A stretch of 64,000 bases of DNA from Lytechinus pictus (lineage: Eukaryota): the NCBI RefSeq assembly GCF_037042905.1, contig NC_087249.1:3410001-3474000 (forward strand), read 5' to 3'. Both the position numbers and the translations under genes were made by a program. The notes below the pieces were generated by a model. That model searched no databases and was not told the origin of the DNA. It saw only the letters and a list, made by a program, of their open reading frames with translations. Positions 14,101 to 26,100 of the stretch are shown in pieces. Each line of letters begins with the position of its first letter. The first letter of the stretch is position 1.

Positions 14101-17100
14101 ACTACGACGACAAACAAACGAAAGCTCGCACGTGTTCTCATACTGGGTAAATAATAGTCAAAACAGCTTTATTGAATCTAGTCTCTTCATTATGGTCAAA
14201 GCTGACTCTTTGGCTTGCTGATTCACTTTGTTCCTTAGATTCCCGTAAAAACTATAAACAAACAAACAAATGAACAAAATCCAACATAAGTATATCATCA
14301 TATCAAAGCATGTTACAGTGCAACTGCATTATAACGAGGCACTTGGGACGAGAGAAGATACATTGTTATAGGTAAAGTCTGCCACATCAGTGCCTTTAAT
14401 AATAAGGTTCCACTGTATTATGAGTCTAAACATTATACTAAGGTGAATAACAATTAACTTCAATTTAAAGTAATTGGACTTAAATTATCATAATAGCAAT
14501 ACTGTCCAGTATTTAATACACTAAGTGTTGTGAAAATTAGAAATAAACTCTAAACTGATATCCTACAAATAAGGAATATTTGTAAATGTATTTAACTGTA
14601 TACAATGGGTGTCGAAAACAGCTTAAATAGACAATGTAATTGCAAAAATGTTATGTGAGCAATAAATGTAATGTCAACCATCTTATATCAAGTTTTGGCG
14701 TATTTGAGTGCTTATTTCCTCAGGACTGAGGTTTGAGTTTAATCTAGTTGAGTTATCATTACACAATAAATTCGATACTGATTAAGAGTTTCTGTATATT
14801 TCCATACAAACAAATATTCATAATTATAGTACTACACAAAGACCTGCACACTATGCGTACAATGCATCAATCTGATACACGAGCTATTGAAGTTCTACAG
14901 TAGGATAACACTGATTGCTGTATGCATACTGAGCGAGTTCTCTTGAAATTAAACCTAAAAGTTCTATTTATGCTTACCACTGTGCCACTTGTTACCAAAG
15001 TCTCAGGCAGGCATAAATAATATGCCGATTAACGATGCAATTCCTTTTCCATCGCCATAACGTGCCCCAGTTTTGGGCCAAAAATTACAATCTTCGCAGA
15101 CGATAAAATTATGGAATGCCAAATAGACAATTACAACCGCACGGTGTATGAAGTGCCTTTACACTTTTGTCCCCAATTGATTAAACTTATTGACAGGGAT
15201 ATCTTCTAAAAAATGAATATATGATGTACAAGTCCTAATAATATGAAGAAAAAAAATGTACTTCCTTAAACATGTATCTGATTGATAGTATAAGCTCTTG
15301 AGAGAAAAATGTATTATGATCTCTTTAAAGGGATCGTTTAACTTTGTGAGCAGCTGATTAAAAAAATTCTCAAACTGAGTTGAAACGTGCATATGAGTGC
15401 CTGTATTTGTCCTCAAAAACCCTGAAACAGACCACAATATAGGATGAAAAACTCTAATTTAGATACAAGTAGCAATTTATTAGCCTGATTTTGAGAACCG
15501 TTTAGTAGACGGGTTCAGCTTATGACCAGTTTTCTCCAATTCAAAAAGTCCGTTGGCTATTTTGACTGCCTTCTGTTTTGTGTATCTCCTATACACACAC
15601 TATTAGCTGTACTGTACATTCAGTGTATACCTTGTACACACTGTATGTAGGTCATGATGTGTTCATCTAGAATTAATGTGTTGTGGTGCACAGATTCCCT
15701 GTCATTTAAACCAACTCCCAATTATTTCAAACTTTGGTTTACATCTCCAAGATTTTAAAATTGATCCTGTAAATATAATACTTTGAAACTTTGGGGATGG
15801 TATTTTTACACTATAAGCCTAATGTTTAGCCCATTTTCAGGAACCAAAAGGAGAATTTTTTAAATCAGAACAAAGTGAAATGATTACTTTAAGCTTTGAA
15901 AACTAAATGGTATTTTTATAATATTCTCTGGTTTACAATGGCTTTATTTTTAGTCGCCTTTTAAAAGTGATTATGTGCATGTGTTTTATTTTCAAATAAT
16001 TTTATTTGGAATCAAAGAATCACTTCTCAAAATGATATGCACTTCCAAATTTGTGCAAGAATTATAAATAGGAAAGGAACTTTGAAGACATGGCCCCTAT
16101 CTGGGCATTGTCTTACAAAGAGTTACGATTGATCCAATCAATCGCACTATGGACGGCCCGCAATGTCAACATCTATTATGCATGTTTGTTCAAAATATTT
16201 TCTAGCTATTATGTATATTGGTGCATTTATTGTTTTCTTGAAAATTCACTGCGCTTCTCTTTGCATACAAAGGACATTGTGCAAATTTTTCATAGAAAAA
16301 ATTATGACACTGATGGATTTCCATAGAGTTACAATTGATAGGATCAATGGTAACTCTTTGTAAGACGGGGCTATGATGTTAACTGGCTTCCCATTCAATC
16401 AAGGATCATGTATAATATTTTTGTATTTACATTGCCCCTACTTATCTTCAAGAACTTGTCCAATTCAATAAATCTTCTCTCTAAAATATTTGCCAAGACT
16501 TAATTGCATGAGAATAATGATTATAATAAACATTTTTTGTATAGCCCATTTTTCAATATGATACAATGTCTAGATGTACTTCCAAAGAAATTTGAATTTA
16601 TTACCTTCGATTGACTTGAGCCCTGTCTGTCTTTTACATGACACAAGCATTTTAATGTATTAATTCCTGCCAGGTACTGGTTTACCTTACATGGGTTGAG
16701 TGCAGCACAATGTGGATCAGTTTGAACCCATGTCCCTCTTTTTCAAAGTCCAGAGGCTAAGCCCTCAGGCTTTCTAGAAGGCTGTGCCAATACTATGGAA
16801 TGCTCTTCCTCAAACCTTAAGAAATATTTGATTGCTTCATAGAAGTGTAACACGCGGAAACTGATGTAGAAAGATGACACACGACACCATTCCTTGTGTT
16901 TCGGTTCGTTTAATATCGATGGATCGTTACATACAAAATTCAAAGTACAAGAACACAAGATAGAAAAAATAAAACCTGCAAAAACAAATAAGAACAAAAC
17001 AATTAAATAGAATTATGATATGTTCGAAAAATGCACAAATTAGAAATATACACATATTTGCTTGTGACTCCAAGATAAAACATTCATCAATATGACGTCA

Positions 17101-20100
17101 AGTAGACTCGTAATAATCAATGATAAACATGTTGTCTATATCCATTCATTAAAACCTAATCAATATTGCCTGAATTCAACTCATCTAATCACTAATTCGG
17201 TTCCTCCATCGTTATGGATAACTCTTCCAACAAATAAATGAAATACATCCATCAAGTGAAATTTACCAAACAACAATTAGAATATGCCAACAAATTAACA
17301 TTGAAATACAGTGGTTAATAAATGATAACCACTCACCCTGGCAATCTGGCCTAGAGGACCATATTTCCTCTGGTGAGAGCCTCACCCGCTACACGAATGT
17401 CATGTCAAATACCTTTAAAAGGAAAGTAACAATAATTACACATAGTCAGCAATCATTGTGACCCTTTACTCTGAAAACACTAAACTGAAACATTGAATTA
17501 ACAATTCAATAACCAAAATCAATTTAACCAAAATCTTTCACTCTAAAGATCATTTTACTAAATTGTTTCACTATAAGATTAGAACCGAACACATTCTGTT
17601 TTATAACTACATACTACAATCAAGTATACAAGTACAAGTAATTAATACAAAATATAACAAAATTACATAAAAATCATCTGAAGTAACAAACACAGATAAC
17701 TAATAAACTACTTAATTCACAAAACCCCTTTAACTTAAGACAGATAACATGCTATGCTAGCAAAGATAGCACTTTAATATAACCTAACCTCTTGTTCAAA
17801 ACAATAGAAAATACATTGTGAACTAACTTTATAAACTATTATTAAAAACTAACAGAATTGACAAAATAAGATAATTATCTTACCTATAATTCTGACCCGA
17901 AAATGAAGAAGCCTCTCTGCCTGCCCCATGAATGGGGTGCAGTGCAGGAGTGAATTGGAGCAAAATCCTCTCTCCTTTTTATGCAGTTATCACTCTCCAT
18001 TCACAGATGCTAAGCCTTGACCATAATTATCTACATCATACAAGCTCATAGCTCTGGAATGTGATATTTTGACCCAAAGACCATTCAGCATCACTCTTAC
18101 CCAGAAAGAGTGTGAATCATACTTCTTCAAAAGCATGAAGATTGTTAAATATTTCTACTTTCTACTACTTCCTGTGCACTTCCTGTGAAGGCATCTATCA
18201 CTTACAGATAAATGATTAAGAGTTATGAAAATATATGAATTTCCATTAAACAGTTCATTTTGACCTGTTACAGAAGAACTAACAGTGTACTTATTTCTAA
18301 TGGCCATTGAAGTTATATCTAAAAAATATAAACTGTACATGTACCTATCATGTTCATAATGTTTATTTTATTTTCACTCAAACTTTTACTGTTTTTCCCC
18401 ATGATTCCTCATGCTTAAAAACATTGTGATGTTATGTGTTTACTTAGAACTGCACCATAATTGATGTTAATTATTATCTTTGAAGGGTCCTTCATCAACA
18501 AGGCGGTGACATCATATGTAGAGAGGGGTGTGAAGAGGGGACATACTCGATGGAAGGAGAATGTTTCTCATGTCATTCTTCCTGTGAGACGTGTAATGGA
18601 GGTGGAATCATGGATTGCACTCGCTGTAAACAACTTGGTATGCTCTTCCTATATTCAAACTATTTCAGGGACCACCAGGCCTTGACCATATTTTCAATGA
18701 CCCTACAATGTTCTTGCATACTGAATCTGTCCATAGAGACCACAGATCTCAATTTCTCTTATGAAGTATGTTAGTTATTCCTGTATCTGTCTATAAACAC
18801 CACCTCTCTGTAGGGATCCCATTTTTGTCTCTCCTGCATAGCAGAGCGAGACTAGGCGCCACTTTTCCGACGGCGGCGTCGTCAACATTGAAAAATGTCA
18901 TCATAACTTAGAAAGTATATGGACCTAGTTCATGAAACTTGGACATAAGGGTAATGAAGTATTATTGAACATCCTGCCTGAGTTTCAGGTCACATGACCA
19001 AGGTCAAAGGTCATTTAGGGTCAATGAACTTAGACCATGTTGGGGGAATCAATATCGAAATCTTAATCAAGGTTAAGTTTTCGAAATGTTGTCATAACTT
19101 CAAAAGTATATGGACCTAGTTCATAAAACTTAGATAAAAGGTTAGTCAAGTTTTACTGAATATCCTGCCTGAGTTTCACCTCCATGATTAAGGTCAAAGG
19201 TCACTTAGGGTCAACAAACTTTGGCCATGTTGGGGTTTTTTGAGGAATTGTCATAACTTTAAAAGTTTATGGATCTAATTCATGAAACTTGGACATAAGA
19301 GCAACCATGTATTCCTGAATATCATGCGCGAGTTTCAGGTCACATGACCAAGGTCAAAGGTCATTTAGGGTCAGCAAACTTTGGTAATGTTGGGGGTATT
19401 TGTCGAATCGTCATCATAACTTTAAAAGTTCATGAAACTTGGACATAAGAGCAGCAATGTATCCCTGAATACCCTGTGTGTGTTTCAGGAACATGGCCAA
19501 GATCAAAGGTCATTTAAAGGTCAATGAACTCTGGACGTGTTGGGAGTATGTGTTGAATTGGCATCATAACTTCGGAAGTTTATGGTACTTGCTCATGAAA
19601 CATCGACATAAGGGGTAATCAAGTATGAATGATTGTTTTGCACATGTCTTAGGTCACATGATCATATGGTCAAAGGTTGTTTTGGGTCAATGGACATATT
19701 AGTGTTTTCTTCTGTGAATAATTATTCATTAGCGTTTTTTCAAAGGAAGCACTGATACTATATCGAATTGCGTAATGCAGGCGAGACCGCCAGAGGCGTT
19801 CCACTTGTTGAACTTTAGAATAGCTTTATATTTCCAGAATATGTCCACACAGACGACTTGTATAGATATTGTGACCTTTTTTCCTGTTTCTGATCAATAT
19901 TTCAATATGCTCCTAACTCATCCATAAACCTGTATATAAAGACCACATTTCTCTTGTGTAAAGTATATTTTGTTATGCAGTTAACTTGAAACATAATATA
20001 TTTTGTCCAAATAATATTTTGATGTGTACTGATCGTTATTAAAGGTCAAGTCCACCCCAGAAAAATGTTGATTTGAATAAATAGAGAAAAATCAAACTAG

Positions 20101-23100
20101 CACAACATTGAAAATTTCATCAAAATCGGATGTAAAATAAGAAAGTTATGACATTTTAAAGTTCCGATTATTTTTCACAAAACAGTGATATACACAACTG
20201 AGTGACATGCAAATGAGATAGTCGATGATGTCCCTCACTCACTATTTCTTTAGTTTTTTATTGTTTGAATTATACAATATTTCATTTTTACAAATTTGAC
20301 AATAAGGACCAACTTGACTGAACCATATGGTATTAAACAATGCTAATTCCACATGTTCAGGGAGGAATTAATCGTTGTTTCACTTGGCAATGAGGAGAAA
20401 AATAGAATATTTCATATAATAAAATACAAAAGAAATAGTGAGTGGATGACGTCATCAGTCTCCTCATTTGCATACAGACCAGGATGTGCATATAACTGTT
20501 TTGTGAAATTAAGCGAAACTTTAAAATGTCATAACTTTCTTATTTTACACCTGATTTTGATGAAATTTTCAGTGTTATGTTTGTTGGATTTTTCTCTCTT
20601 TATTCAAATCAAATTTTTGTTGGAGTGGACTTGTCCTTTAATACTTTTTACATATAAATTTCTCTTGTCTCTTGTGGATAAGGTTAGTGGAGGTTTCGTT
20701 GTACATGTATAAAAGGTAAAGTTCGGGTTTAGTGATTGACTTATGAATAGAATGTTTATAATGCAACTAAAAACAAGTATATGCTGTAAGATTTTGGAAT
20801 TATCAAATTTATCAGAAATCAATGATAGATTATAGACCGGTATTTATGCCGTAGAATAAGTGTGTCTGTAAGGTAAATAAATCTGCAGATCCATGCAGAA
20901 TTGTTCATACCTGATATTTATTTCAGAATATATTTAACAATGTTTCCTTCTAATGTTTTTAATATATTTAACAGTGTGTCCATCTAATATTTTGAATGTA
21001 TTCTTTATTTCAGAAGGGAAAACACATTATTTACTCGAAGGGGCATGTGTTGACTACTGTCCAGCTGGTTATTTCAAGTATGATCGTGATAGCTTTCTCA
21101 TCCATACATGTGAGCTTTGTGATGATAGTTGCAAGACATGCACTGGATCTGGTATTGATGACTGCATAGAGTGTGAAGATGGATTGGTGAAGGAAAGTAC
21201 CCGCTGCGTTGAGCCATCAGGTTTTAATTGCGAAGTAGAAAATTGTGAGGAATGTTTAAATGGTGAGAATCCGTGATTTAATTGTTTTTAATTTAGATAA
21301 CAAATCAATTAGAAAACACTTTTTTTTTCTAAATTAATAAATATTTATGAATGCATCAGTGAAAACTTGAAATAAATGAATAATTCATTCATGAGACTTG
21401 TTACGGAAGTTGGCACCAGTGAGTGTCATTTCAAATGAGCATCTGACACAAGTGGATTCAGGAGACTTGTCTGTTGTATTGAATTTGAACTGTACTGGAG
21501 TTTGACAACATACTTGGTATAAGCCCTCTTGATTATGTGCTTCTAATGAAAGCTCCAATAAAGAGAAAACCTATGTTTTTTTCACCTACTTGTAAGTGCA
21601 AGTGCATTGAACCAAGAATGCTTCAATGCCGTATTACTTGGATAGTTCACATTCAAGCAAAATTATTGAGATGGCGATATTATTTTGTACCGATACTAAA
21701 ATGGATTAGACACAACCTGGGCACCATAACACAAAGTATAACAATTCATGTATTCCATATACATGCGCCACCCGCTTTCATTAAAATGAGAAGCTCGTAG
21801 GTCTACCACTTTTTCTCAAGACACACAAAATGGCACGGTGCAAATGAGAATTGAAAAATGTAAGTACTTGACTGAACTTTGAATCCCAAGTGGATGTTAA
21901 AATAGGGATTAATCAGTAAAACTACAAGTGAGATCACATGAAATTGTAGTGTTCAAATTAGGTTTGTAATCATTTTGAAATAGAAACAATGTAATTAATG
22001 CATGGTGTTAACTACACTGAGTGACCAATCTCTCAGGATGAAAGCAAAGGAGTGATGTCACAATACGGGTGCAACTTGCAGGCATGTATTACGAAATGCA
22101 CAAATTGATACAGGAATTATTTTCATTATTGATTGTATTGATAATTATGTTCAATTAATCATTTGGTCAATCAATTGTATGGTCAATCACTTCAAACAAT
22201 GCTTTACAAGGCCTGGGTCACTATATGTATATTATCAACTTTTCTAAATTTCGTTTGATGGCAGGAAACAATGTGTGCCAAGTGTGTTTACTTGGTTTCT
22301 ATCTTGATGGCGGTATTTGTGGGAGAGCCTGTCCTGCTGGCAAGGTTCCCATCTCTAACACCAGACAATGTGAGCTCTGCCACCCTACCTGCAGGACTTG
22401 CATGGTATCACCAGACCAATGCGCTTCTTGCAACACTGGATACTTCCTGGATGAATTAGACAGCCTTTGCCTGACACAATGTCCTGAGGATACCTATGTG
22501 AATCAGGATAATGAATGCATATTGTGCGATGATAAGTGTGCATCCTGTGTTGGTCCGGGACCTAATTCCTGTACTATATGCTATGAAATGGATGAATTCC
22601 TTTCAGGTATGCATCTTTATCCTTTTGACAAAGACTATGCAAGATAATGGCAGAAAATTTCTTTCAGGTTGCCCATTGTGGTATTATGTGTTAGAGTGAG
22701 AGAAGTGAGATATTGCCATTATATCATTATTGATTAGGCCTACACATGTAATGCCAATTAAATATCTCACATCTCTTACTTAAGGAAATTTTCAGGGGAT
22801 ATATATGAAAGGGCCATCGTACATGTAGTTCAAATCTTAACTCACTATATATTTTCAATTGTTGTATTGAAAGATATTTGTGCCTGGACTGATGCTCTAG
22901 TACAGGAGCCTATTGACCTCAGTAGGGACAATCCTTAAATTTTGATAATCGTTTGTGGTTTACTGACTCTATACACCTTAACAAGACTTAAGTCCACCAT
23001 TTTGTGCTTATTACATACAATGGGTGATTTCAAGTTCAGTGTTGACCTTTTGGTGTTGGTGTTAGGTCAATTTTTACACGATTATAACACCAAACATAAA

Positions 23101-26100
23101 ATGAAGATGGTCCCGAAAAGTCACTCACTAGTTGTTGAGATGTCAATATTTTGATCTGGGTCAGTTTTACAAACTCTGAATAAGTTTTAGAGCAAGGTAA
23201 AGCAATCCAAATTTCAACACCATGGCCAACACCGGACTTGAAATTACCCAATGCACAATTTCTCCTGCAATTACGTGCATAAATGTTCTTGTTCATGCTG
23301 TCATATTTTTATTTTTCCATCATTATCCTAGGGACTTCTTGCGTGAGAGATTGCCCAGAAGGGCAGTATGGAGATGAGTATACTGGAACCTGTCGTAGCT
23401 GTCACCCTTCTTGTGTTACCTGTGCAGGCCCTGGTGATCATGAGTGTAATTCTTGCCAGGAAAACTTTGAACTAGAGCTGGGATTCTGCCAATCTAGCTG
23501 CTCGGACAAGTTTTATAAAGGTATTATCATTTAAACTATGAAAATCTTACAGTTGATTTGTCAGCAACAGACATTGAGACCTTGCTAAATGCTGTCTTCC
23601 GTTAGGGTTATGATTAAAAGATGACGTACTAGGAGTTAGGAGTTTCTCAAACAGGAATATACAATCCCAACCATGCATTTTGAAAATTGGCACTTCCCCC
23701 TCATTGAATTTTAGAAATACATTTTCTATTGGGTTTGTTGGTATGTCCATACCTGGCAACAATTAAAAATGCAAAATCTGAACAATTAATGGATAGAGGT
23801 CCAGTGGCGGACTAAGCCCCCGGTGGGGTCAAGGGGCAGAACCTCATGCAGGGTGGGGGATGGGGTCAAGAAGGCATGCAGTACCCCTGAAAATCTTGTA
23901 TTTTAGCAACTTTAATCCTATAAGGACTGGGCTTTTTAAGATGTATTGAGGACTTTGGGGCATGAATGGTTCTATGATTATGAAAGTGTGCAGACTTCTA
24001 TAACTCCTTAAAAATCAATCATGCTTCTGTTCATGTACACTTTATTAATGCCCTGTAAGGCACTGTCACATCAAATATCAAATCATTTGTACGACGATGC
24101 AAAGCTGTACGTCTATGTCAAACTATATACAAGTAAATCACAAATCAATTTATTTATCTGTCTTATTTATCCAGGGTTAATATGCCTATGGTAGTTGTTA
24201 GGGCCCAAATATAAAAGAGAAAATCAATCAATTGTAAGCCTGTGGTGAGTCATGTACAAAAGTCCTATCTGTTTATCTTACTCCATAGGTAGCAATGGAG
24301 ATTGTCATGCATGTCATGAAACCTGCCAGACGTGTACTGGGAGTGGTAGTAGTGATTGTCTCTCCTGTGATTACTACAAGTTTCTTTCTCCTGACCATGC
24401 GTGTGTGACGGATTGCCCCAGTAAACATTACCCTGACTATGAGAGCAATGTTTGTAGAAAATGTGATTCCTCCTGTCTGACCTGCCTTGATTCGGGGCCG
24501 GGGGACTGCATCGAGTGCTCACCTGGTGAGTAAAATCAACACATTATTTGCTTTCTTACTTTTATTAGTGAATTTTGATTAAAAATTGTACAAGATTTGT
24601 GTTGCAAAATAGTATCATTCTGCCATAGTTTTGATTTAGCAGATAATTTTGTGGCAGAAATGATCAGTTGTACGACACCAAATGTTACTAATGTTTACTG
24701 TTTTTTACATTTTACAAAGTCAGGTTGTCCTATAGTATTGTTCCATATGGTAGAATGATGTTGATTTCATTTTCTCAATTTGCCAATTTGGCTTTATTTT
24801 AAATATGTTGTTAATGTTAATGATTATAAAATTGATTGAAAGGAGAATGATTTTAATTATAATAATGATGAATCTTTATATTAATTGTGGTAATGATGAT
24901 ATTAATATTATTTGGTGGAATGATATTAATATTAATATTATGATGGTGGAATAAAAACCAGGGCCTCATTTCATAAGAAGTTGCTATGATAGCAACTCCT
25001 GCTGGAATTTACCAACTATGACAACAGTGAAAATTCTGCTTGCTGATTGACTCTTCTAATGAAAGGTGACATTCCAGCAAGAGTTGCTATCACACATATC
25101 AACCTTTTTTTAAATGGGACCCAGAATTATAATTCTTATTTTCTGGGAGCTATTTTTTTTAATTCCATAGCACACTTTGCATGAAACCCTGTACTGATCT
25201 ATGGGGCAGTATTGATAACTTGCATAAGCTATTTTTGGCACATTGCTAGCAAATTACCATTTGCCCAGGTAGTCAATAATTTGACCAAAATCGTCTGCAT
25301 TTAAGAATAAAAATGTTTGTAATCTGACATGGTTCCTGCAGTGATTTTGATATTTCTATCATTGTTACAGACACCTATATGCTTCTTCGAGATGGGCAGC
25401 TCTGTGTTGAGGTTTGTCCAGAGGGGTATTATGAGAGCACAGAGCTAGGTTTCCGTGACTGTCGTCAGTGTTCCGTAGAGTGCCGGGATTGTCACAGTAG
25501 CTACCTCAACTGCGTCAGTTGTTTTGATGGAACTTACCTATTCCAAGGCAGATGTTTTAGTACCTGCCCTAGGTATGTAGGCAATACATTTCATTAATGA
25601 GTAGTAGAAATCCATCATTAAAGCTAAGGTCAAGTAGCTTCATTGAACAATTATATAGCAAGAAAGTCTTTGAAAGTAAGATGAATTGTTGTCATTTAGA
25701 TCTAGGTTTATAATTTCAACTCCTCTTTTTGTGTTGATTATTTGTAGCACATTTGAGCAAGAATTGTTGAAAAGTTTGATTTTGAGATGTTAAGTCTTTG
25801 GGAGATGCAATGATATAAATTGGCAACCTCTTTATTCATCACAGTTCTAAGTGTACAGTTTTATATTTCTTGTGTGAAAAAAAATCATGTGGAAAAAAAA
25901 TCACAAGTAATGTTTGAATTTGCAGTTCAGAAACAAATTAGTTTATATCATGGATAACATATGACATGTTATTATTTGATTATAATATTTCATTCTCTTC
26001 TCCTGTAATACAGAATGTACAGTGATGGTAAGAAGCTTGCATGATGGGACATTTTAAATGAAAATGAAATCCTATATTCCTAATACCAAGTGTGAAAGCA

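Larger units (their letters stand above)
5369..15163 (-). mobile_element. Full-length BEL/Pao LTR retrotransposon (9795 bp), intronic, antisense to the host gene
   Basis: Two 1076-bp direct repeats with TG...CA ends (5369-6444, 14088-15163). 5-bp TSD CTTTT at 5364-5368 and 15164-15168. PPT-like GGTGGGAG abuts the 3' LTR (6445-6452, - strand). Single gag-pol ORF. Confidence 0.97.
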
